From Faecalibacterium sp. CAG:74 (GTDB lineage Bacteria > Spirochaetota > Spirochaetia > Sphaerochaetales > Sphaerochaetaceae), in assembly GCA_963638045.1 (NCBI GenBank), contig CAVHPV010000002.1, positions 8-64,007 on the forward strand: 64,000 nt of DNA. The letters run 5' to 3'. The notes beneath the pieces were generated by a model. That model searched no databases. It was not told where the DNA came from and saw only the letters and a list, made by a program, of their open reading frames with translations. Positions within the stretch are counted from its first letter, which is position 1; every line of letters begins with the position of its first letter. Both the position numbers and the translations under genes were made by a program. Positions 1-8,635 of this stretch are shown piece after piece.

Positions 1-114
1 CTTTGAGTAATTATATTGCCGGGAAAATAAGGTGGCAAGTGGACTTATTCGTCATGCATTCGTCGCGCCAGACAGCCCCGACATTCACCTGACTGCCAAA
101 CTGTTCTCAGACCC

Positions 115-152
115 CGTTTATGACAATCATTTTACTGTCTGTAAGTAGATAT
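115..152. repeat. 38-bp direct repeat, copy a (partner 893-930), 5 nt downstream of the PIN/Phd cassette
   Basis: Shares CGTTTATGACAATCATT (17/17) and AGTAGATAT (9/9) with 893-930. About 31/38 identical by hand alignment, at a constant offset of 778 bp. Confidence 0.6.
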
Positions 153-156
153 GCTC

Positions 157-552
157 TCAATGCAAATAACGCTCAATGAAATCCAGGGGTAAGACGATAT
201 TCTTATCCACCGGGTAATGGATAAGATTCCCTGTAACAAGAATTGCATCACAGAAGACTGCAACCTCATAAAACCTTCTGTCTGTCTCATCTCTATTAAA
301 GGGGATATCTTTCATCGGAGTGGGCGTAACAGCTATGCCGTTTTTGATGATAGGGGCAAGAACAGCATCAATTTCGCTTTCAGTGAAATGGAATTTGGGA
401 TAATGGAGAACACGTTGATACTCTTCAAGGATCCTATAGTCATAACAGGCTGTGAACCTTCTCATAAATACAGCCTCAAGGATTTTAGCAGCATTGCGTC
501 CAGGTGACCATGCAGCAGAGAGAAGTATATTCGTGTCCAAAACGATATTCAT
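157..552 (-). CDS. PIN-domain toxin (VapC-like) of a type II toxin-antitoxin pair
   Basis: 131-aa ORF. N-terminal MNIVLDTNILL, then RDETDRRFYEVA and ILVTGN motifs typical of PIN ribonucleases. Its start lies 2 nt after the stop of the upstream antitoxin ORF. Confidence 0.75.
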   Translation of the reverse strand: MNIVLDTNILLSAAWSPGRNAAKILEAVFMRRFTACYDYRILEEYQRVLHYPKFHFTESEIDAVLAPIIKNGIAVTPTPMKDIPFNRDETDRRFYEVAVFCDAILVTGNLIHYPVDKNIVLPLDFIERYLH

Positions 553-554
553 TT

Positions 555-827
555 TCAGCTGCCTCTTGCTCCATTGATGAGAGCTTCAATTTCGTCGTCA
601 GACTTGAAGCCTTCTCTTGATGCCCTTTCTCTAATTTTGTTGAGTGCTATCATCGCTTTGGCCTGTCTTACTGCCTGGACAACTTCATCAAAGCATCCTT
701 CGGGAATATCTATCATGATAGCTGAAGGCTTACCATTATTAGTGAGAATGACTTCATCTCCGTGGGAGAGATCAGCCCACATATTTCTGCTTTCTGTTCT
801 TAAGTCACGTATTGAATAGAAATTCAT
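555..827 (-). CDS. Phd/YefM-family antitoxin
   Basis: 90-aa reading from the internal ATG at 827 (MNFYSIRDLRTESRNMWADLSHGDEVILTNNGKPSAIMIDI), the typical Phd/YefM N-terminus. The longer 151-aa ORF in the track adds a hydrophobic leader with no support. Confidence 0.7.
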   Translation of the reverse strand: MNFYSIRDLRTESRNMWADLSHGDEVILTNNGKPSAIMIDIPEGCFDEVVQAVRQAKAMIALNKIRERASREGFKSDDEIEALINGARGS

Positions 828-853
828 GTTAATCTTCTTGGTAATAATATGGT

Positions 854-865
854 ACACAATTGTGT
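854..865. promoter_or_regulatory. Perfect 12-bp palindrome ACACAATTGTGT, candidate TA operator
   Basis: Lies 27 nt upstream of the antitoxin ATG (827) in the only intergenic space that could hold the cassette promoter. Confidence 0.4.
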
Positions 866-892
866 CCATTTGGCAAATAGAAATTGACACGA

Positions 893-930
893 CGTTTATG
901 ACAATCATTCTGTTCTCTAGGAGTAGATAT
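893..930. repeat. 38-bp direct repeat, copy b (partner 115-152), upstream of the PIN/Phd cassette
   Basis: Same evidence as copy a. Together the two copies bracket the complete two-gene cassette and its putative operator. Confidence 0.6.
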
Positions 931-1092
931 ATACTTTCCCCACAATATGATCTTACTCGTCTATAGAACAGATACATAAGGAGACAGAGAAAGAGGACTA
1001 CCAACATCAAACAAAGAAAGCAGAAGTCATCCTATCCTCCGTAAATGCATCCCTGACCAGGAGGAATGGTAAACAGCAATGCAGGCTGCAAC

Positions 1093-2283
1093 TCAATTAT
1101 CCACAGTTGAACTGCTCTTGAGGAATATCTTCTTCGAGAGCTTTCTTATTGCCCTGAAGGAGGTGTCAAGCCTGATCTGAGTCTGAGTCCTTGAACGCTT
1201 GAGATAGAGGCCGTCACCTTTTACTTCCGTATTGTAGAACCCTGCTGTTGCTATACGGGGAGAGTCTATCTGTGTGTATGAGTTTGCAAAGTACATGACT
1301 TTTGTCTCTCCCGGAAGCAGGATGAGATTCTCCGTCCCCCGCTCTCCTCCCGTAAAGCCGAGAGAGAGACTTCTTATCTGGGGAGTTGCGCCGTCAAAGA
1401 GTGCCCAGGGGGAATCCATCCTTCCGTACCAGTTTTCACCGATCGAGCAATACGGGAAGATATACTCGTTGTCAGCTTCCTTCTTAGGAGTGAAGACGAA
1501 ATAGCCCATCTGGTCAGAGGGATTGATTACACTCACCCAATTCATCTCCTCCTCATCTGTCTCCCCCATGATGTAATCATAGGTTCCGGTTGGAGAAGGA
1601 ACAATGGACGCATCTCCTGTGCCGCCGCGAAGAAGAGGAGCAGATTTAAGGTCATCAAAGACAACCCGTGGTACAAACCGGTTCACACCGGACTCCCTGT
1701 AAGTCAACGGATAGACACAGAACGAGTGTGCATTCGTGTTTATATAAGCACCTTGCTCAATAAGCGGAGAGGAAAGCATGCTCACCCACTTGGCATTTCC
1801 CGTAAGGTCCCTTTCCTCGCTCAGGTTGGTAATGCTGATTGCCGTGTAGATGACGTCCTGCTGGGGAAGGATGAGATCAACTCTTCCTACCTTGTAGCGG
1901 TTGTTCTCCACACGTGATTTCATGTCACTGTACTTCCAGACTCCCCCGAACTCATCCTCCGTGCCGTAACGGCGTAGAGTCCAGTAGGTATTGGATGTGT
2001 TGATTACATCATCCGTTCCGGAGGGAAAATTGAAATATGCACCACCAGCTTGATAAAGCCCCTGGCTCATTCTCCACCACTCACCGTTAGTGTCACTCAT
2101 GACACCGCTTCCCGTTCCCCTAAAATAAGGAAGGCATAAAGGCGAAATGCGTGCACCGTTGCCGTTACGGACACTGAGTTCAAGAATGACCTCCCCCTGG
2201 TCCTCAATCAAAGCCTGTAAGGTCTCATTAGACATAAATGTGGCGTATCTTCCCTCCCACAGGGAGAGTCTTCTAATATCCAT
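1093..2283 (-). CDS. Hypothetical protein, possibly carbohydrate-related (divergent from GH36 gene)
   Basis: Long uninterrupted ORF (405 aa in the track; start moved to MDIRRLSLWEG). No family motif recognised by eye. The start is uncertain (alternative ATG at 2235). Confidence 0.5.
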   Translation of the reverse strand: MDIRRLSLWEGRYATFMSNETLQALIEDQGEVILELSVRNGNGARISPLCLPYFRGTGSGVMSDTNGEWWRMSQGLYQAGGAYFNFPSGTDDVINTSNTYWTLRRYGTEDEFGGVWKYSDMKSRVENNRYKVGRVDLILPQQDVIYTAISITNLSEERDLTGNAKWVSMLSSPLIEQGAYINTNAHSFCVYPLTYRESGVNRFVPRVVFDDLKSAPLLRGGTGDASIVPSPTGTYDYIMGETDEEEMNWVSVINPSDQMGYFVFTPKKEADNEYIFPYCSIGENWYGRMDSPWALFDGATPQIRSLSLGFTGGERGTENLILLPGETKVMYFANSYTQIDSPRIATAGFYNTEVKGDGLYLKRSRTQTQIRLDTSFRAIRKLSKKIFLKSSSTVDN

Positions 2284-2364
2284 AGCAATAATATAACATG
2301 TGAAAAACATAAAGGTTACTTTAAAACATGAAAGATATTACAATAACATCAATGCGGAGGCCTT

Positions 2365-4626
2365 ATGATCACTTACAATGACGGCATATTCATCATAGAA
2401 ACAGAAAACACAAACTATATCTTCTCTGTTGAGAACACAGGCTTTCCGGAGCATATTTACTATGGACGCAAATTAAGGCTCCCCCTCTCTTCCCTGCTTG
2501 GAATGAGGGAGAAACATCTCAAGGCACCTCATATGGCAGCACGGTGCTCGAAGGAGTACAGCGAGTTCTCCCTCTCCGATACCCTTCTTGAATTCTCCAC
2601 GGAGGGAAAAGGTGACTACAGGGTTCCGCTCATAGCCGTCTCCCTCTCGGAAAAAGGAGACAGGACCCTTGAACTAAGATATGACTCCCATACAATAACA
2701 GACGGCATAGTGAGGCTGAAAGGCTTGAGGCTTCCACAGGCAATCGGCACAGAGAGCGAGGCAGAAACACTTGCAGTCACATATATCGATAAGAGTAGAA
2801 AGATAAAACTCATCACCTATTACACTTCGTTTTACAAGGCAGATGTCATAACAAGAAGGTCTGTCATAGTAAATGACTCCTCCTCCCCTATCAATGTAAG
2901 GTCTCTCCTCTCCTCTTCACTTGATTTGAGAGCAAGGGGCACCAGCATCACATCATTCTCCGGAAGATGGGGCAAAGAGAAAGGAATCAAAGAAAGAGTA
3001 ATGGATGAGGGAGAGATTGTAATCGAGTCGAGAACCATCCAGAGCGGAGAGACAGATTCCACAATAATTATAGAAAACGGGAAAGACACTTATCTATCCG
3101 GCCTTATCTACTCAGGTGCTTTCAGAACAACGGTAACGGAAAGTGCAAGCGGAATAACACACATAACAACAGGGATAAATCCCGACCTCTTCAGCTGGAA
3201 GCTGGACAGCAGTGAATACTTCGAGTCTCCTGAGGCTGTCCTTGCCTACTCGGATGGAGGAAGAAACAAGGTCGGCAATCTCATGAAGAAGTTCATCGAG
3301 AACCACGTCAGACGAGGACTCTGGAAGAACAGAATGAAGCCGATTATGCTCGATACATGGTCTTCTCTTTCATATGACCCGGACGAGAGAGATGTGCTGA
3401 AGATGGCAAAGGAAGCTGAGGAGCTCGGCTTCGAGGGGATTGTCGTATCGGACGGCTGGTTCGGGGCAAGAAGGAATAACTCATCTTCTCTTGGAGACTG
3501 GTATGCTGATACCAAGCACTTTCCTTCCGGCATCAAGAGTCTCTCTAATGAGATACACTATATGGGGCTTCTCTTCGGACTGTGGTTCGAGATGGAGGGA
3601 ATAAGCGAGCGTAGCATGCTCTATAAGTCCCATCCCGATTGGATAGTAGGAAGAAGTGCAGAAGAAAGCGTGAAGGCTAACAATGAGCTGCTTCTGGACT
3701 TATCACGCGAGGATGTGCAGGAGTGGGTAATCGACACAATGACGAAGATAATCGACTCCTATAAGCTTGATTACATCCGCTGGAGTCTATCACGCTTCCA
3801 GGGTGACCTCTGGTCAAACAGCGGAGAGAGAGACAGCTCGGAATTCATGCACCGCTATCTCGCAGGGCTCTATCATATCCTCGATGCAATAACAAAGACT
3901 TACCCGAACATATATATAGAGGGAACCAGTGCGGGAGGCATGAGGTTCGACATGGGCATGCTCTCTTATATGCCGAGCATCGTCACAAGCGAGAATCCCG
4001 ATTCTCTCGGAAAACTCAAGATAACAGAGGGAACAGGGATGATTTATCCCCTTTCCGTTATGACAAACATCATTACCAAGACGGGGCTCTATCCAGCACG
4101 GAAGATAGACGAGGAGACACAGTTCAATGCCTTTTCATTCGGAGTTCTGGATTATTCCATTAATCCGATGGAACTTTCGGCCCGTGACAAGATAAGGCTT
4201 GTGCAACAGCTCGATTTTTACAAAGGCTACAGACCTCTCTTCCAATACGGCACATTCACTCTTCAGGAAGAGAATGAGGAACGCACTCTCTGGACAGTCT
4301 CCAATGGAGACAGCTCTACAGTAATCATGCTCTACTACCTCAAGAAGGCAGAAATCAACACAAGTGCGGAGAAGCTCTATGTGGAGTGTGCCAACGAAAA
4401 CTATGACTACTCCTTCATAGCACGCACCCACATACAAAGTGAAGTCGAGGATGAACTTCATCCACAGGAGATGGAGTGCTACAACAGTGCAGGTGATGTC
4501 CTGAAGTGGGCAGGCCTCACCCTTGTCGAGAATTCAAGCGGTAACGGCTGGGAAGACGGGATGAGGGCACTCAGGGACAACACTTCACGCCTTTACATAA
4601 TAAAGAAAACAGAGGAAAGAAAGTGA
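2365..4626 (+). CDS. Alpha-galactosidase, glycoside hydrolase family 36
   Basis: 753 aa. KLDYIRWSL (nucleophile region, K-x-D-x-x-x-W) and EGTSAGGMRFDMG (GGxRFD acid/base region). The size and N-terminal beta-sandwich pattern are typical of AgaA/RafA-type GH36 enzymes. Confidence 0.8.
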   Translation: MITYNDGIFIIETENTNYIFSVENTGFPEHIYYGRKLRLPLSSLLGMREKHLKAPHMAARCSKEYSEFSLSDTLLEFSTEGKGDYRVPLIAVSLSEKGDRTLELRYDSHTITDGIVRLKGLRLPQAIGTESEAETLAVTYIDKSRKIKLITYYTSFYKADVITRRSVIVNDSSSPINVRSLLSSSLDLRARGTSITSFSGRWGKEKGIKERVMDEGEIVIESRTIQSGETDSTIIIENGKDTYLSGLIYSGAFRTTVTESASGITHITTGINPDLFSWKLDSSEYFESPEAVLAYSDGGRNKVGNLMKKFIENHVRRGLWKNRMKPIMLDTWSSLSYDPDERDVLKMAKEAEELGFEGIVVSDGWFGARRNNSSSLGDWYADTKHFPSGIKSLSNEIHYMGLLFGLWFEMEGISERSMLYKSHPDWIVGRSAEESVKANNELLLDLSREDVQEWVIDTMTKIIDSYKLDYIRWSLSRFQGDLWSNSGERDSSEFMHRYLAGLYHILDAITKTYPNIYIEGTSAGGMRFDMGMLSYMPSIVTSENPDSLGKLKITEGTGMIYPLSVMTNIITKTGLYPARKIDEETQFNAFSFGVLDYSINPMELSARDKIRLVQQLDFYKGYRPLFQYGTFTLQEENEERTLWTVSNGDSSTVIMLYYLKKAEINTSAEKLYVECANENYDYSFIARTHIQSEVEDELHPQEMECYNSAGDVLKWAGLTLVENSSGNGWEDGMRALRDNTSRLYIIKKTEERK

Positions 4627-5576
4627 ATAAAATAGTAGTAGCAGGAGGAGGTGTATTCGGTACTTCAATAGCAGAGCGCCTCACCTGGAACAGAAATAAC
4701 AACGTAACGATCCACACTATCGAAGAGGACGTTGCTGATGATATAAACAGAAACCACCAGAATACAAAGTATTTTCCAACGAAGTTTCTCTCACCCTCTC
4801 TCAAGGCCACCATGGATGACAGCATCTTCTGCGATGCCGATGTCGTCATGCTCGTCCTTCCCTCCAAAGCCATCGTCCCCTTCTCAAAGAGAATAAAGAC
4901 AGACAAAAATCCCTTGATAGTGAACCTTGCCAAAGGAATGAGCGACGAAGGGGCATTCATCACAGAAGATATTCCCTTTCTCCGCAAAGCCAGTATGAAG
5001 GGACCATCGTTTGCAATCGAGACAATGAACGGTTTCCCGACATCCTTCACCTTCGGAGGAAGGAGGGAGGACTATGAATACTTTAAAGAGAATATTCTTC
5101 CCCATACAGGATTCACGCTTGACTGGACAGAAGATACAAGAAGTGTTGAACTATGCTCCATTCTCAAGAATATGTATGCAATAGCGATAGGACTTGTGTC
5201 AGGAAAGTACGGATCTCCTAATGTGGACTTTCTTGTCTACACAAAGGCAGTAAAGGAAATGAGGGAGCTTTTGAGGCTTTACTCATGCTCGGAGGATACG
5301 ATCTTCTGCTATTGCGGACTGGGGGACCTGGGACTAACCGCCCTCAATGACCTATCACGCAACAGGACATTCGGTATGCTACTCGGAAAGGGATTCCTCT
5401 TCAACGAAGAGAAGAATGCCGCCACAGTAATAGAGGGAAAGAGAACGATAAAACTCGTAAAGAAGTTCATCACAGAGAAGGGAAGAGAAGAAGACTTCCC
5501 GCTTGTGAACAATCTCTACTCCCTTCTCTATGAGAACGGCAGAATCAACGACTACTACGTATCGGTATTGAGTTAA
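4623..5576 (+). CDS. NAD(P)H-dependent glycerol-3-phosphate dehydrogenase family protein (GpsA-like paralogue)
   Basis: Rossmann motif VVAGGGVFGTSIA at the N-terminus. GLGDLGLTALNDLSRNRTFGMLLGKG matches the GpsA signature GLGDLxLTCxSxxSRNRxxG. Overlaps the upstream stop by 4 nt. Confidence 0.7.
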   Translation: MNKIVVAGGGVFGTSIAERLTWNRNNNVTIHTIEEDVADDINRNHQNTKYFPTKFLSPSLKATMDDSIFCDADVVMLVLPSKAIVPFSKRIKTDKNPLIVNLAKGMSDEGAFITEDIPFLRKASMKGPSFAIETMNGFPTSFTFGGRREDYEYFKENILPHTGFTLDWTEDTRSVELCSILKNMYAIAIGLVSGKYGSPNVDFLVYTKAVKEMRELLRLYSCSEDTIFCYCGLGDLGLTALNDLSRNRTFGMLLGKGFLFNEEKNAATVIEGKRTIKLVKKFITEKGREEDFPLVNNLYSLLYENGRINDYYVSVLS

Positions 5577-5577
5577 G

Positions 5578-6924
5578 ATGGATAGATTAAAGAGAAAGGA
5601 AAACCTTAAATCCTTCATAGTCCTCGCCCTTCCCATAGTGGCGGAGGAGATTCTCTCAACCCTGTTGCAATACGTTGACACAGCAATGGTAGGTCAGCTC
5701 GGAGCGTCTGCAACTGCTGCGGTGAGCCTCACAAGCACCGTTAATTGGCTCATCTACTCCCTCTTCGCCTCTTTCGGGATATCAATCGTAGCCATGATTT
5801 CCTCTTCCCTCGGAGCAAAAGACTATGAAAAGATAGAGAAATCCTCCTCAATGGCATTCACCCTCTCAATAGCAATGGGCCTAGTCATAGGGATTATAGC
5901 AATAGCACTTAGTCCCTTCATCCCGAAGTGGATGAACGCCGATGAGGCGATACAGCCCCTCGCCTCTCTCTACTTTGCAATAATCAGTGCAGCCATTCCC
6001 TTCAGGGCATTCATAATCATCGGCTCATCATCATTGAGGGCAATAAAGGACAGTAGAACGCCGATGATTATAAATCTCACGGCAAATGTATTGAACATAA
6101 TCCTTAACTACCTCCTGATCTACACATTCTCGCTCGGAGTTAAGGGAGCAGCCATAGCTACCCTTATTTCCTATGGAGTCGGTGCAATAATAATGGCCGT
6201 AGTCTGGAAAAGAAAGACGATAGTAAGCTACAGAAAAATATACCTTAAGCCGGAGAAGGAGCTAGTTAAAGAAGCATTCACAATAACCCTCCCGGCAGCA
6301 ATGACTAACACGACAAGTTGCCTGGGGCACATAGTATTTGCTTCCCTCGTCTCCTCAATGGGAACAGTGATCTTTGCAGCCCACTCCATAGCACTCTCAG
6401 CAGAGACGATATTCTACGTACCCGGTTACGGCCTCAGGGGAGCAACCTCAACATTGATAGGGATATCACTTGGAGAGAAGGATAAGGAGAAGTTCAGGAT
6501 AATCGAGCACCAGGCAGTGGTAATCACAATAATGATGATGACAGTGACGGGGGCTCTTCTCTACTTCTTTGCCCGCCCCGTCATGTCATTCTTCACACCG
6601 GACGAAAACGTAATAAGAGAAGGAACAAGGATCCTCAAACTCATAGCATTCACAGAGCCGCTCTTCGGCCTCATGATAGTAAGTGAAGGAGTCTACTACG
6701 GACTGGGAGAAACAAAATACCCCTTCATCATAGAGACAATAGGAGCATGGGGAATAAGAATACTCTTTACAAAGATAGCACTCACGTACCTGAATGCCGA
6801 TCTCCTGGGAGTCTGGCTCTGTATGGCCCTGGACAACACCTTCCGCAGCCTCGGCCTAACCCTCCCCATCATGTTCAAGAAGGGCAACAGGCTCTTTGAG
6901 AGGAAAGCGGGGGTAAGTGCATAG
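5578..6924 (+). CDS. MATE-family efflux transporter
   Basis: 448 aa, about 12 hydrophobic segments. N-terminal LALPIVAEEILSTLLQYVDTAMVGQLG is typical of NorM/DinF-type MATE proteins. Confidence 0.8.
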   Translation: MDRLKRKENLKSFIVLALPIVAEEILSTLLQYVDTAMVGQLGASATAAVSLTSTVNWLIYSLFASFGISIVAMISSSLGAKDYEKIEKSSSMAFTLSIAMGLVIGIIAIALSPFIPKWMNADEAIQPLASLYFAIISAAIPFRAFIIIGSSSLRAIKDSRTPMIINLTANVLNIILNYLLIYTFSLGVKGAAIATLISYGVGAIIMAVVWKRKTIVSYRKIYLKPEKELVKEAFTITLPAAMTNTTSCLGHIVFASLVSSMGTVIFAAHSIALSAETIFYVPGYGLRGATSTLIGISLGEKDKEKFRIIEHQAVVITIMMMTVTGALLYFFARPVMSFFTPDENVIREGTRILKLIAFTEPLFGLMIVSEGVYYGLGETKYPFIIETIGAWGIRILFTKIALTYLNADLLGVWLCMALDNTFRSLGLTLPIMFKKGNRLFERKAGVSA

Positions 6925-7016
6925 AGGCGAGTTCTACTCACTTATTACACCCGCAATTACAGCAGATACCAGTCATTGCATTAAAGTAAAATTCCCACAA
7001 AACACTTTTTTAAACA

Positions 7017-7038
7017 GCCGGCATGATGCAATGCCGGC
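7017..7038 (-). terminator. Hairpin downstream of the truncated lipoprotein copy
   Basis: GCCGGCAT-gatgca-ATGCCGGC, an 8-bp stem 8 nt after the stop at 7046. The U-run on the minus strand is weak. The repeat boundary (7029) falls in the loop. Confidence 0.4.
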
Positions 7039-8547
7039 ATCATTCTTACAGGGTCTCGAAGAATGACAAGGTACCATCCCCAAGGATTCTGAATCCACCA
7101 GCTGTCAACTGGATCGCTTCGTTGTCACTAATTTGCCAACCTGTGTTTTCAGCAAATGAATAGCTAACCCCTCTACTTGTGGTGTACCCATTATAATCCA
7201 GGTCCAGAATAACTCCCTTTTTCACAACAAAGGAGTCAGTTTCAACACTAGTTTTATTCACCCAGTATTTTATTTCAGCCACGACACTTCCAGTCTCGCT
7301 CTTTGTAATTCCTTCGACTGTGGTCGACGAGGTGTCCGTTTGTATACCAATAAGAGCTTTTTCAGCACTGAGGAGAACGGCTTTGTAGCTGGCAACAGCA
7401 GTTTCATCCAGTGTAGCCGAGCCGGAAGCAGAAGCAGCCTTGATTGCATCTGCGATACTTGTCCCAGGGGTAGCTTCGCTATTTACTGTCAGGAGGGTTT
7501 TTATTGCAGATCTTGCTCCCGAGCCATCAGCCTTCCCCATTTTCTTCAAGATTTCATCCGCAGCCTTCAGAGTATCAGCAACCTTCTGCATCACAGCTGC
7601 AGCGTTTGTGCCTGTCGTTGCTGTAGTAAATTTGTTCGTGCTTCCACCATACTTCCACGCAGTCTTAGCAGCCTCCAGAGCATCGTCTGCGGTAGTCATT
7701 GCGACCGGATCGCTTGACTTATTCACAGTCACTTCGCAATAGTTTTTGGCATAATATCCGCATTTTGTGCATGTAGCTTTCTGCTCGTCTGTTCTTCCGG
7801 TTGTGGTATCGTAGATATGAGCAACAGGATAGTATTCTAGTCCACACACATCACAGCATACATAGTGGTCTGTCCCGTCCATCAGGTTGTTACTCATGAA
7901 AGACATCAGTTTAAAATTAGAATCATTTCCAACAAATGTCGATCTGTCATTTTCAGCACTGCTCGTGCCATAAAGGTGATTGTGATTCTCGATGAAGACA
8001 ATTTTGCAGGTTTTGGATTCAGCAGCTGTATATGCATTACTGCTATTATCCGAACTCACAACCCAAGCTCCAGTTGAATCTTTTGAGAGATAAATTCCAC
8101 TGCTTAGCTTCAATGCACGTTCTTTTGTATCTTTGCAATCAAAGCGATCTACAAATTCTGCAGTCGCAACACTGCTAGCCTCTGTCGTTGTCCACCCTTT
8201 CCCGTCAGCACAAGAAGATTCAATCTTTTTCACGGTCAGACCATCCGCATTCTCTACAATATCTCCATAAGTAATATTGGTAATATTTCCGTTAGAATCC
8301 AATGTATAGCCGACTAAGGTTCCAACCATATATTTATAAGTTGGAGCAGCTGTTCCACTTGTTTCCACAGGCTTATTCAAATACCCAAGAGACTCAAGGC
8401 AAGATGCACAATATGCTTCGTAACTTACAGGTGTAAATTCTGTTGCAGCAACGGTTTTATCCTTTTCATAATGAGCATCATCTTCGCTTATCCCACCTGC
8501 AACATTTATTTTTCCGTCGGCAGTAAGATAATTTACATATGCACCAT
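7029..8547. repeat. 1,519-bp direct repeat, left copy (partner 10519-12037)
   Basis: Identical to 10519-12037 at offset 3490. Hand-compared lines match, and the translations of four ORFs on both strands are identical between the copies. Confidence 0.95.
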
Positions 8548-8575
8548 CGTTAAATATACACGGATGCTGCTGAAC
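7046..8575 (-). pseudogene. 5'-truncated duplicate of the 621-aa surface lipoprotein gene
   Basis: The C-terminal 444+ codons are identical to 10536-12401, but the signal peptide and lipobox are missing. The frame runs upstream out of the repeat and closes at TAG 8576-8578. No ATG with an SD; only an internal TTG at 8380. Confidence 0.8.
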
Positions 8576-8635
8576 CTATTATTTCTTCAAAGTCCTACAG
8601 CATCTGTATACTTCAAAAGTCAACCATTTAGCTGT

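Noticed and set aside
893-975. Integron attC site at the PIN/Phd cassette boundary
   Set aside because: An imperfect inverted repeat exists (CTGTTCTCTAG...CTATAGAACAG). However, the GTT/AAC triplets are in the opposite polarity to R''(RYYYAAC)...R'(GTTRRRY), and the core does not fit GTTRRRY. No integron integrase is in the window.
555-1010. 151-aa version of the antitoxin ORF given in the track
   Set aside because: The extra 61 N-terminal residues are hydrophobic, low-complexity sequence that runs over the putative operator and repeat. The Phd/YefM-like sequence begins at the internal ATG (827).
7046-8575. Truncated lipoprotein copy as a silent donor cassette for antigenic variation (vls/tprK-like)
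   Set aside because: The copy is identical to the expressed gene over its whole length, so at present it offers no sequence diversity to donate. The duplication is better explained as a by-product of the insertion.
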